64,000 bases of DNA, from IMG/VR virus record IMGVR_UViG_3300027545_000001, positions 501 to 64,500 of that record; one strand, 5' to 3'. Positions within the stretch are counted from its first letter, which is position 1; each line of letters starts with the position of its first letter. This document shows positions 34,870 through 45,100 of this stretch, piece after piece. Made by a program: the position numbers and the translations under genes. This stretch comes from a virus. Under the pieces are notes generated by a model. The model had not been told where the DNA came from, ran no database searches, and saw only the letters and a list, made by a program, of their open reading frames with translations.

Positions 34870-35540
34870 CTAACATAGTGATGCTAGTACGTGATAGGTA
34901 CATCCTAACTAGGCAGGCTCTTGATTCTCTGTGGGAGCATACTAACTACGATGATTACACTCTGACTGTAGTAGATGATGGCTCTACTGATTTTAGGGTT
35001 AGACACTTTACTCCTGATCTATATGTTGAAAGGAGTTCACATACCCTATCTCAGTTAAAGAATCTCTGTATCTACTGGTCTGAGCAGCACTTTGGCCGTG
35101 GCGATTGGTTGTACATCAGCGACAATGATGTGTACTTCGCTAACGGGTGGCTCAGTGATCTTATAAGAACTGCCAAGTTAACTGAGAGAGATGGGTTTAA
35201 CCTATGGGGTGGACAGCATCATCCGTACCATAAGCCCATAGATAGTTGGATATCTTCAGTGGGTATGCTATGCGCCACAGAGCATGACTGTCTAGCTGGT
35301 ACCTCATGGCTGATGCGGTGGTCAACTTGGGATAAGTATGGCCCATTCAAGCGTGATACTGCACCCGGAGTATGTCAGTCAGAGGACTATGAGTTTACCC
35401 AGAGACTACGTGCTGATGGCGGTAGGATTGGTGTCATCCACCCCCATGTAGTTATTCATACGGGCATTACTAACTCAGAAGGCAAGCCCGCTGTCGGGTC
35501 TGATCTGTTTCCTAGAGTACCCGGAGTAATCTATGAGTGA
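34866..35540 (+). CDS. GT2-family glycosyltransferase
   Basis: VVDDGSTD; YISDNDVYF; SEDYEFTQRL. Confidence 0.85.
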   Translation: MTNIVMLVRDRYILTRQALDSLWEHTNYDDYTLTVVDDGSTDFRVRHFTPDLYVERSSHTLSQLKNLCIYWSEQHFGRGDWLYISDNDVYFANGWLSDLIRTAKLTERDGFNLWGGQHHPYHKPIDSWISSVGMLCATEHDCLAGTSWLMRWSTWDKYGPFKRDTAPGVCQSEDYEFTQRLRADGGRIGVIHPHVVIHTGITNSEGKPAVGSDLFPRVPGVIYE

Positions 35541-36048
35541 ACTACTACTTAATGTAGGTAGCGGCCAGAGACCCTTCAAACCACCTTGGATCAATATAGA
35601 TAAGCAGGCTAAGTGGTACCCGGACATCCTATGGGACTTTGGCAATCCACTTGAGTCACCACACTACAAAGATGACACAGTGGATATGATTGTGATGCAC
35701 CACATACTGGAGCACTATGGATGTGGTGAAGCTAGTAATGCTCTGACTGAGGCTCACCGACTGCTCAAGCCCAATGGCTCCCTCCTAGTCTTCGTGCCTG
35801 ACATGTATGAACTAGGTTGCATGTGGCGTGAGGGCAGGATCTCGGACCAAGTATACATGACCAATGTGTATGGTGCCTATATGGGTGATGATGCTGACCG
35901 CCATAGATGGGGCTATACTAAGTCAAGTCTCAAGTCTGTATTACTTAATATAGGATTCAAGGCTGTAACTAGCTTCAACTGGCGCATGATAGAAGGTGCT
36001 GACTTGGCACAAGCAAGATGGGTGCTGGCAGTGGAGGCGATACGGTAA
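35533..36048 (+). CDS. Class I SAM-dependent methyltransferase
   Basis: LNVGSG; HHILEH; HRLLKPNG. Confidence 0.85.
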   Translation: MSELLLNVGSGQRPFKPPWINIDKQAKWYPDILWDFGNPLESPHYKDDTVDMIVMHHILEHYGCGEASNALTEAHRLLKPNGSLLVFVPDMYELGCMWREGRISDQVYMTNVYGAYMGDDADRHRWGYTKSSLKSVLLNIGFKAVTSFNWRMIEGADLAQARWVLAVEAIR

Positions 36049-36287
36049 TGAAGATACATCCCATGACTGCTCTGAAGTGGGGTACTATTTTGGGTAAGAG
36101 AGCCTTTGTTATTGGCTACAGACTGGTAGAATTAACATCATACTATCTTATCCTTATTACACACCCCCGCACTTACTATAGATATCTATGGCGCAGACCC
36201 AATTGGATGGTATCTGGATCTTTGAGTATTAATAGATCTTTCTATAGCAAGTTAGTACATTTGGAGAAGAGATGGGATCGATATTAA
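36048..36287 (+). CDS. Hypothetical protein
   Basis: TAATG-coupled start MKIHPM. Confidence 0.5.
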   Translation: MKIHPMTALKWGTILGKRAFVIGYRLVELTSYYLILITHPRTYYRYLWRRPNWMVSGSLSINRSFYSKLVHLEKRWDRY

Positions 36288-36964
36288 TTGTAGCTAGGAA
36301 CTCACTGGCACTTACTAAGTTAGCAGTCAAATCTGCACTAGCCCAGGATGTTCCATGTGACGTGCTAGTCATAGATAATGACAGTGCTGATGGTACATCT
36401 TACTGGCTTCGCACTAAGCCGCTTGCCTATATCGCCTATCACCCACAGAAGTCACTGTCTGCCTGCTGGAATGCTGGTATCAAAGCCTTCTGGAGTGTTG
36501 GTGCTAGTGAGGTATTGGTCATCAATAATGATGTAGAGATAGCCCCCAATACGTATAGAATATTGAGTGCTGGAGAAGGATTTACTACAGGAGTTGGAGT
36601 ATCAGATAGGGAACAATTTAAACCAGTCCCAGGTATTCTGCTGGGTACAAGCAGACCCCACCCAGATTTCTCCTGCTTCATGATACGGAAAGAAGTAACA
36701 GATAAGGTTGGCTGGTTTGATGAGTCATACTATCCAGCATACTGCGAGGACTCCGACTATCATGTGCGTATGCACAAGGCAGGTATAGAGGCTGTCTGTG
36801 TTGACCTACCCTTCTACCACTACGCAGCAGGCACACTCAAGAATGCTAACCCCGCAGAGGCATCAGCTATAAAGCATGGGGCGGATGCTAATAGAGAGAG
36901 ATTCAGGAAACAATATGGCTGCTTACCTGGGTCTGATGCCTATAACAAGCTGTTCGAGGAGTGA
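36272..36964 (+). CDS. GT2-family glycosyltransferase
   Basis: VIDNDSADGT; VINNDVE; FDESYYPAYCEDSDY. Confidence 0.88.
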   Translation: MGSILIVARNSLALTKLAVKSALAQDVPCDVLVIDNDSADGTSYWLRTKPLAYIAYHPQKSLSACWNAGIKAFWSVGASEVLVINNDVEIAPNTYRILSAGEGFTTGVGVSDREQFKPVPGILLGTSRPHPDFSCFMIRKEVTDKVGWFDESYYPAYCEDSDYHVRMHKAGIEAVCVDLPFYHYAAGTLKNANPAEASAIKHGADANRERFRKQYGCLPGSDAYNKLFEE

Positions 36965-37353
36965 TAGAGATGCTACTTAATCTGATAGAAGATATGAATA
37001 AGTGCCTGCCTGATTCATCATATGAGAAGCCTCTGCTAGAGATTAATGGATGGAAGTTCTTTCTTGATGAGAATGGCTTCTTACCATCCGCCAGTAATAC
37101 AATGCTGGTGGCTAAGATATTGGCATGGAAAGATACTGAAGATAATCATTACGCATCCTGTGTGGGTAACAGTACCCCACTAGGAACTATACAGTACCAG
37201 AAGGGACGTGACTTATCCACTGGATTCACACAGGGGTGTGTGATAGACACAAGATTCTTTAGTAGATACGGGTCCAAGGGTATTCAAGATGAGTGTAGTA
37301 AGACTCTGCAAAGACTAATAGACTTTGTGTCTAGTAGGGAATCTCTTACTTAG
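36961..37353 (+). CDS. Hypothetical protein
   Basis: GAGGAG RBS; last gene of the GT operon. Confidence 0.5.
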   Translation: MIEMLLNLIEDMNKCLPDSSYEKPLLEINGWKFFLDENGFLPSASNTMLVAKILAWKDTEDNHYASCVGNSTPLGTIQYQKGRDLSTGFTQGCVIDTRFFSRYGSKGIQDECSKTLQRLIDFVSSRESLT

Positions 37354-38428
37354 GCTTCAACTGCCCAGCAGTAGGTAGGATCTTATGAGTCATAAGATAG
37401 TCATCTATCTTTTGGAGCTCAGCCGCAGAAGCATCAGCTATTGAGTTATGACCGAAGTTAGACTTGACTGCTAGTCTAATATCCGGTGTGGCCTTTACCC
37501 CCGCAGGATACCCAGGTAGATTTAACTCCTGGGCATGAACATGCAGTCCAGCATTGACTTGACTCCTAGGTAGAGTGAGTGTAGCAGTATCTCCCGCTGG
37601 TTTCACTGGTGGTATTCCTCCTGGTTGTGCTAGCTCCCCGTTACCTACTGGCTGTAGGAATGACTTCACATTAGATAGAGAGTCCTCAGTAGAGATAGGA
37701 CGTGGGAACTTTGAGTTAGTGGCTGTGAATGATGAGGTTGGGCCAGTCACAGGCTGCACTGGTCCTGTTGAGAATGACGTAGTGTCACCTACTACTGGCT
37801 CACCTACCCCTGGCTTACTTGCTGTGAAGGATGTAGTAGGTCCATATACAGGGACAGTATTCTTATCAGCTAAGTGAGTAAGATATCTCTTAGCTAGCTT
37901 GCCAAATGGTAATAGGCTAGCATCTGAATCAGACAATCCCTGTATGGCACTGCCTATTCTGCTGGCCCCCACACCACCTACTACTCCACCGACTGCTCCT
38001 GCTAAGTCTGCCCCCCAATCTGGGGCACCTAACATCTTAGCTCCCTTGTGAGCAGCCCCCGCAGTAGCTAACCCTGTGACTGTAGATGCTGGATTACTAA
38101 TTAGCCCAGCACCAGCCAGCATTGCTGAGGGCACTGACATCTCAGACCCACCACCAGGAATACCAGTGCCTATATCTGCTGGCGGCGGGAACCCGTACTT
38201 AGCTTCCCATGCCATCTTGGAGGCATCCATTAGATTAGAGTCCGCTGGATTCCTATTAGGGTAATCAAATGCCTTATTTATGTCAGGCTGATAAGCCCCA
38301 GTCATCGGCAGTCCAGAAGAACTAAGGTACTTAGTAAGTAGGGGAGCACGAGGATCACCAGAGGCAAGTAGATGCTGATGTACTTGCTGTAATGTCTGTA
38401 GATCATCGGGACTAAGCTCATCTGCCAT
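37346..38428 (-). CDS. Putative ejection/internal virion protein
   Basis: Gly/Ala-rich amphipathic segment; last of three low-complexity genes after the tail hub. Confidence 0.5.
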   Translation of the reverse strand: MADELSPDDLQTLQQVHQHLLASGDPRAPLLTKYLSSSGLPMTGAYQPDINKAFDYPNRNPADSNLMDASKMAWEAKYGFPPPADIGTGIPGGGSEMSVPSAMLAGAGLISNPASTVTGLATAGAAHKGAKMLGAPDWGADLAGAVGGVVGGVGASRIGSAIQGLSDSDASLLPFGKLAKRYLTHLADKNTVPVYGPTTSFTASKPGVGEPVVGDTTSFSTGPVQPVTGPTSSFTATNSKFPRPISTEDSLSNVKSFLQPVGNGELAQPGGIPPVKPAGDTATLTLPRSQVNAGLHVHAQELNLPGYPAGVKATPDIRLAVKSNFGHNSIADASAAELQKIDDYLMTHKILPTAGQLKPK

Positions 38429-40329
38429 TACTGTATAGTTACTTTCTTACCACTAGGTAATGTGATAGTCATACCACCTGTGCCAGCAGGTTGCGGCTCT
38501 CCACCTACGGGACTAACTGCTCCAGGCTGTTCTTTATTACCACCAAATCTCTTACTTAGTGGACCTTGCTGTGCCTTGAGCGCGGTTAGAGTATTAGTAA
38601 GTACCTGCTTGGTAATCTCAGGACGAGCTAGTAACTGTCCTCTCTGCGCCTGCAATGCAGCCCATGCCTCTGGCCCTCTGAATCCAGTAGCCCCCATAGG
38701 CCCTCGGAGTAAGTTAATATCTTCCATCATAGTTCTGAAGTTACCAACAAACTCAGCTTCACCAGGAGTAAGAGGCATCATTCTATTAACTATGGCTCTG
38801 ACTAGGCCACTGGAATCCATCTGAACATTCAACTTACCTGACTCAATCATTGAGTTGAGCAGCGGTAGCTGACTCTGTATCTTCTGTATGCGATCTATAG
38901 CTAAGTTGTATTGGCCAAGCTGCTGCTCACCATGCATCTGCTGCTGTGGTGTGAATGGCTTAGGGAATGATGTGGGTGATGACCCTCCGCCACTGGGTCC
39001 ACCAGACATTCCTCCCCCACCCCTAGTTTTGGTTGAGGTAGTATTGACTAGTTGAGTTACAGGATTACCTTCTGCATCTGTGGTGCTTATAGACCGTGGA
39101 GATGTTGTATTGCTAGGCACAAAGGAGGGGTTAATTGCCCCTGCAATGGGCCCCGCACCTGCCTGTGCTGGTGAGGTAAAGAACTGCTCCCCATGAGGAC
39201 CAGTAAGTAGATGAGGGTGGATCTGACTAGATACTAATGACGGATTAACTGATGGCCCACCACCTACAGCAGTCAGACCACCACCGGCACCTAGCGCAGT
39301 GTTCTTATCTTCTATGCCAGTCTGACCAGCAGCATTAAGCGTCCCAACAGTGCCAGCCCACCCCTGCCTAGCCTGCCCCATTGGGTTACCCATACCATCT
39401 ACATCGGCAGTGAACTTACCAGAGCTATTAGCTGGTATGCCGTAAGTAGACTTCTGTTCGGGCGACATGTGAGTGGCATCTACTTCCATCTGATGCACTC
39501 GCATGAGTGAGGCCATCCCCATCATGCCTGATGGTTGATAACCGGCAGCTTGCTCCTGTATCTGTAACTTCTGGAAGGGGTTAGCAGACTGATACTCTGG
39601 CCTAGCCTCTAAGTCAGATAGATTAGCGGCCCTCATCTGCTGCTGTTCCCAAGGTGCTAACCCTTCTATTTCAGCCTTCATCTGGGCCTCAATGATGGGC
39701 TGCATGTGAGGGGTAGCTTGCATCAACTGAGTCTGATACTTCTGTAAGATCTCTTGGCGCTTACCTCTGATAGCCTCAAACGCCCTGTCCTGATTACTGG
39801 GCTGGCTCACTGGTGGTACAGCAGCACTAGGTTGTGCCTGTGGTGCAGCTTGCGGCTGTGCTTCGACAGGTGGCACGACTCCACCCACACCAATAGTGGA
39901 TGGCTGTGATACTGCCTGTGATCCCTGTGGACTCTGAGACTGTGGCTGCACGGGGGATGTAGCAGGTTGGGCAGCAGCCCCAGTCCCCGGAGCCTTACCT
40001 GCCTGTGGCCCCGGTGATGGAGTAGGTTGCGCGGGCGGACCACCAGCAGCCTGCCCTAATGCAGCGTCACTCTCTCTATGTCCCTGCAATGTCTTGACTA
40101 TAGCAGGAGCCACCTTCGCCATATCCTTGCCAGCATATAAGTCACCAGCATGAGACAGTAACTCACCCCTACGCTGTGGGTCATTCTCCTGTTGAGCCTG
40201 CTGTGCTAAGAGTGCTGCGAACTGTGACCGTCTATTCTCAAGCACACTTCTGATCTGCTGGCCATACTGCTGTAATCCTTGGTCTAACCCAGATCCTACA
40301 CCAGCTAGACCACCTGCGATGCCACCCAT
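38428..40329 (-). CDS. Putative ejection/internal virion protein
   Basis: Gln/Gly/Pro-rich; MGGIAGGLAG N-terminus; podovirus-like synteny. Confidence 0.55.
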   Translation of the reverse strand: MGGIAGGLAGVGSGLDQGLQQYGQQIRSVLENRRSQFAALLAQQAQQENDPQRRGELLSHAGDLYAGKDMAKVAPAIVKTLQGHRESDAALGQAAGGPPAQPTPSPGPQAGKAPGTGAAAQPATSPVQPQSQSPQGSQAVSQPSTIGVGGVVPPVEAQPQAAPQAQPSAAVPPVSQPSNQDRAFEAIRGKRQEILQKYQTQLMQATPHMQPIIEAQMKAEIEGLAPWEQQQMRAANLSDLEARPEYQSANPFQKLQIQEQAAGYQPSGMMGMASLMRVHQMEVDATHMSPEQKSTYGIPANSSGKFTADVDGMGNPMGQARQGWAGTVGTLNAAGQTGIEDKNTALGAGGGLTAVGGGPSVNPSLVSSQIHPHLLTGPHGEQFFTSPAQAGAGPIAGAINPSFVPSNTTSPRSISTTDAEGNPVTQLVNTTSTKTRGGGGMSGGPSGGGSSPTSFPKPFTPQQQMHGEQQLGQYNLAIDRIQKIQSQLPLLNSMIESGKLNVQMDSSGLVRAIVNRMMPLTPGEAEFVGNFRTMMEDINLLRGPMGATGFRGPEAWAALQAQRGQLLARPEITKQVLTNTLTALKAQQGPLSKRFGGNKEQPGAVSPVGGEPQPAGTGGMTITLPSGKKVTIQ

Positions 40330-40340
40330 ATTTATGCCTC

Positions 40341-40359
40341 AAGTGTAATCATTACACTT
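40341..40359. repeat. Dispersed palindrome copy 16
   Basis: AAGTGTAAT-C-ATTACACTT between stop 40359 and the next RBS. Confidence 0.95.
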
Positions 40360-40967
40360 TAAATCTGGCCCAAGATGCCACCAGACCCACCAGTCCCTCC
40401 ACCATATGGAGTAGTCAGCAATCCAGCCAGACCTTGCCCTATCTGCTGGTCAAGTAGATTACTGAAATATTGCTGCTGCATTCCACTATTAGCCAGAGCG
40501 GAGTTAGCGCCTGTAGCAGCATTGAGAGATTGATTACCTAATCCGAATAGGCCAGACCCCAACTGCTGCTGCTGCAATCCAATCTGAGGTAGAGCACTCG
40601 CCGCTGTGGTCCTCCCACTATTGAATAGACTCTGTATCTGAGACTGAGGTGCAAACGACTGTCCAAATAAAGCTGATGATCTACCACCACCCCTAGGCAT
40701 CAGGGTGTTAATAGCATTCAGATTGTTAGCTACACCACCTTGAATCTGATTGATGCTGGGCTGGAGTGCCGCTGCTGTATTAGCGTTGTTACCTTGCAGC
40801 AGCGTGTTGAAGAAGTTAGTCCCACTAGCCACATTACCTGCGCCAGTGTTGAGTGCTGTGGTACCTTGGCTAGTCTCAGCAGGCAGCAGTGTATTCAGTG
40901 CGGCATTGGATGTGCCAGACAGATTGTTCTGAGCTGTCTTAGTAGTATTGCTGGCACCGAAGCTCAT
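40359..40967 (-). CDS. Putative DNA pilot/ejection protein
   Basis: MSFGASNTTKT; Asn/Gln/Gly-rich. Confidence 0.55.
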   Translation of the reverse strand: MSFGASNTTKTAQNNLSGTSNAALNTLLPAETSQGTTALNTGAGNVASGTNFFNTLLQGNNANTAAALQPSINQIQGGVANNLNAINTLMPRGGGRSSALFGQSFAPQSQIQSLFNSGRTTAASALPQIGLQQQQLGSGLFGLGNQSLNAATGANSALANSGMQQQYFSNLLDQQIGQGLAGLLTTPYGGGTGGSGGILGQI

Positions 40968-41443
40968 ACGGGTGCTCCTTCAGTCTCCATCTCCTCAAGT
41001 GGCACAAGGAATGGTGAAGTCTTAGATGGCGTCTCAGGCATTACCAGTACACTGAATACATTCCACGGCTCAAGCTGCATACCTGCTGCCTGTGCAAGCT
41101 GACTAACCTTCCCTGCTGGAGCAAATGTATACACCCAAGCAGGCCCGCACCGCCTCAGCACAGTCCGCTCTGCCTCTCTTACTAACGCAGAGAATATGTC
41201 AGAGTGACCATTCTCTATCCACATAGGCTCCGCATGTAGCTTGATCTGTAACACTATGAATCCAATAACCTTACCCTCTCTGATGTAACCCACGAAGGTG
41301 GACTCATTAGGGTTAGGTAGTGGGTGCCCCTTCTCTGTGAAGAGATATTCTACTGTCTTGATCTCATCAGCAGTTAGCTCCCTGACTCCATCCTTGCTTT
41401 TAGGAGTCTCAGTGGCAATTGGAGGCGGCAGCATTTCAATCAT
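40964..41443 (-). CDS. GNAT-like protein between tail hub and ejection genes
   Basis: GYIREGKVIGFIVL...ALVREAE...VYTFAP pattern; podovirus-like position. Confidence 0.45.
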   Translation of the reverse strand: MIEMLPPPIATETPKSKDGVRELTADEIKTVEYLFTEKGHPLPNPNESTFVGYIREGKVIGFIVLQIKLHAEPMWIENGHSDIFSALVREAERTVLRRCGPAWVYTFAPAGKVSQLAQAAGMQLEPWNVFSVLVMPETPSKTSPFLVPLEEMETEGAPV

Positions 41444-41455
41444 GTCTCTATCCTA

Positions 41456-41803
41456 TCATGAGGTTAACTGATTGTTGAGGTTGTTCAGTTGGTTAATAAG
41501 GCTGTTCAATAGTGTCTGCAAGTTAGGCTGTGCTGGCGCTGGAGCCTTGAGCAGTGCAGTCTGCACCTGTTCAATAGATGCCTTCACTGAGGTTATCTGA
41601 GATAAGATGGCCGACTGCTTCACTGTGGCTGGAGCACCCAAGCCAGGGGTAGCAGTGATGGTGGGAGTAGTGACAGTGGGGATCTGCGCTTGTTGCACCA
41701 GCACTGCTGTCTGATCTATCTTGTTATACAAGTCCTGTATGATCGTGTTGGTGATCGGGTCCGGGTGCTCTAGCCTAGTGTATGGCAGGAATCCAGAGGC
41801 CAT
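41456..41803 (-). CDS. Hypothetical virion-associated protein
   Basis: TAATG-coupled start MASGF; GGGAGG RBS. Confidence 0.55.
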   Translation of the reverse strand: MASGFLPYTRLEHPDPITNTIIQDLYNKIDQTAVLVQQAQIPTVTTPTITATPGLGAPATVKQSAILSQITSVKASIEQVQTALLKAPAPAQPNLQTLLNSLINQLNNLNNQLTS

Positions 41804-42132
41804 TACTCCCTCCCGATCCAAGCCACCCCGTCTGTATTCACGGTGCAAGCGAAGTACAGGGTAGCGGGATTGATGCTGTTGGCTGGATCAGTGGAGTTAT
41901 AGCTTGCGCCTGCCACCAACTCACCACCTGTTGATGTGGTGACTCCTATCCCACCCACATAGATCTTGCCTGTGTTAGCAGCCAATGCGGATACAGTAAG
42001 CTGCCGCAGTGAATAGCTGGTGGTGGACACCTGAGCATTGCCTGATGTGGGGCAAGTGGCCTGCCCTGACTGGTAGTTGCCAGAGTATCCGACAGCAGCC
42101 CAGACAACGAAAGCTAAGAGTAATCTCTTCAT
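41803..42132 (-). CDS. Small beta-rich protein with signal-peptide-like leader
   Basis: MKRLLLAFVVWAAVGYS leader; ANTGKIYVGG motif. Confidence 0.65.
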   Translation of the reverse strand: MKRLLLAFVVWAAVGYSGNYQSGQATCPTSGNAQVSTTSYSLRQLTVSALAANTGKIYVGGIGVTTSTGGELVAGASYNSTDPANSINPATLYFACTVNTDGVAWIGRE

Positions 42133-42146
42133 ATCATTATCCTATC

Positions 42147-45100
42147 TCATGACTTGAACACAGCCAAGTTTATATAAGACTCCTCGGTCCACTGCTTAAC
42201 TTCGACTGTGAAGTCAGCAGGAAAGAAAGCGAATGTGAATCCCTGACCATCCAATTGTAATGCGAATGCCAGATCCTTTATGTTCTGCGGGAGCATCTGA
42301 GGCAGCACCCTAAACTGTCCACCTGTGGAGGCTATAGTGAATGGCCCATATGTTCTACCATCCTGCGTCATGATAGTCATCAGTATAGGATTGTTGGATA
42401 TGATGGCAGGGTACATGCGCCTCATATGCTTCCAACCAGGGAATGAGAATAGTATGTACTGAGTCACAAAGAACTGACTCAGATAGGGCTGCATGAATCC
42501 ACTAGGCTCCCAAGCTGCTATACGAGGGCCAGCAGGACCACCAGTCCAAGAGAACTTAGATCCTATATTTAGATACAGAGCTAAGTTAGATAGAGAAGAT
42601 ATGTTCTGCTGAGTCTGCTGTACTGTACCATTACAGGCTATCTGCATCACTGGTGAGTAAGACTGAGCACTGTTATAGGTGGCAGCTACACTCAGTGTCC
42701 CAGTGCCCCCGAACATAATCATCGAGTCTACATAGAGCTTCTGTGCTCGTTCATCCTTGCCGTCATCAGAAGGCGTGAGGACTATAGAGTTAATGATTGC
42801 TCCATTGTCTGTATTACCACCAGCTAACATTATCTGATTGGTGGGACCCACAGACAGCTGTAAGATCTCCTGCTGATTAGGTAGGCTCTGAGAGTTCTCC
42901 ACTAAGTAATGGAAGTTAATAGCATCTGCATAGTTATTCAGGAACCACCGCTTATGATAGATCTGATACTCCAGAGTGTTCCAGTTGCCATCTATGTCGG
43001 GGTAGCTAAACCTCAGTGTCTCATCACAGTAAGACAGTCTCAGATATTGCAGGGCAGTCATATCAACTGGGAGTATGACGTTGTTACCATAAGTCACAGC
43101 AGTAGCAGGCTGTCCATCATGTGGGAACAGAGGATACAGTTCCTCATCAGTGATGTTCACACACTGTGAGTCAGTAGTGAGATAGATGCCATCAGTACCT
43201 AAGAAGGCTACACCAACAGGACAGGCACAGCAGGCCCATCTACTCCAGATACCAGACTGAGCATTCAACTTACGCCATTGAAACTGATTGCTGGCAGCAG
43301 CACCTATGGTTGCTAGATAAGAGTACTGTATGGTGAAGATCTCTTCTCTACTGCCACAGAAGGCTATGCCCTTCCATACAGCACCACTTACTAAGTTGTT
43401 AGAAGGTGAGGTTACCTCCAGAGTATTAGAGTCGTTAGCTGAATCAGCATCACTGTAGTTACTATAGTAGAGCAGCCCACCATTAACTGGATCACCCAAG
43501 GCGAATACCACAGGTGCGAATGGACCTTCCAATGCACCAAAGGCAAAGGGTAATGGCTGGCCTGTTATGGTCGGGCTAGAGATAAGGAAGCTAACACTTG
43601 AGAATGTCCCGGCATCCTGAGTAAGTTGTATGTGGGTCAGATCTATAGGTAACCCATAAGTGAGAAAGGTCTGGCCATTAATAAGAATAGCTGTAGCATC
43701 CTCAAGAGTAGGACCCAGTAGAGACCCAGTTAGTATCTGTATAGACGTGCCAACTACACTACAGGTACCAGACCAAGGTGCTTGCAGTAGCGGCCACGGC
43801 TGTAGAGCAGTGAGATCAGGTGGCTGGTTAGTCTCCAGTATAGATGAGTCAGGCAAGCTATCTAAGTAAGTGCCAGAGTTAGGCGTGGTAGCCACATAGA
43901 GGGGAGATGTTACAGCCCCACCTAATCTGTAAATGTCATTACTATCAACACCAGCCTGTGTACTATAAACAGGTGTAATGATTACACCTTCTCTCAACGG
44001 GAATAGAGCTTGCCTATTACCCGGCCCAGGCACTGAGTGAGCACCTGTTGAAGAGTCCCTATTAGCTGTGTAGTAGATCAAGCCAGTTGGTGAGTTAGGC
44101 TGTATCGTAGGTCCATAAGTGCCAAAGAAGTACCACCAGTCAAAGCCATAAGAGCAAGCTCCACTGCTAGTCATCTGAATAGCTATGCCAGTTATGTTGG
44201 AGAAGTTAAGAGTGTAGTCTCCACCATACTGAGTACCAGATGAGATGGGTATTACTATCTCACACCACGAGTCACCGCTGGAGCCTAACTCAACTAACTG
44301 TATCTGGGGTATAGTCCATATCCACGAGTTACCTGGACTAGTAAAGGAGAAGTTAGGGGTAGAGTCCAGACTGACTAGTATCTGCATGTTAATAACATTC
44401 TGAGGATTCTGGAGGAACAGACTAATATGCAGATAGTCATTAGCAGGATCTATGGATGCCCCATTGGATGCCACCTGAGCATCGATGCCACCACTGAAGT
44501 TAGCGGCACCTATAGCTGCTGTCGTATGGACTAGCGATACAGCCCCAGATGTTATAGTCTCTGTTGCTACATGAGTCCCAACGGTATACACATACCAAGA
44601 CAGCAGCCCAGTTACAGTGTTACCGACTGAGTGAGTACTGCCTGTAGAGCACCTAATAGAATAGGCTGACCCAGTAGGTGCGGGTATAACTTCAAGTACT
44701 CTGAACACATCAGAGCCTATCTGTAGGAGTGAGTTACGAGCTAGGCCAGATGGGTTATTTACTAAGGTCATGGAGCACAGACCATTAGTCCCGCTGTCAT
44801 AAGATATGCCTGCCACTGTGGTAGTAGCTATAGCTGGCAGGACATCTCTCACTAGTACATGCTCTGCCCCATTAAGTATCACCTTCATTCTGGAACCCAT
44901 CCAGAATGTCTGGGGCAAAGTCATAGATGGATTGATGCAGCACCACCCTGTACTGCCAGAGTTATAGAGAATAGCTCCTATGGTGGCTCCAGATGAGTTA
45001 GTCCTATCGAATGTAGCAGGTGAGGAACTACCCCCAGTAGCAGACCACCCCGAGTCAGTCTGGGCATCTGTAATAGTTACTGTAGCTGGAGGAGCGTACT

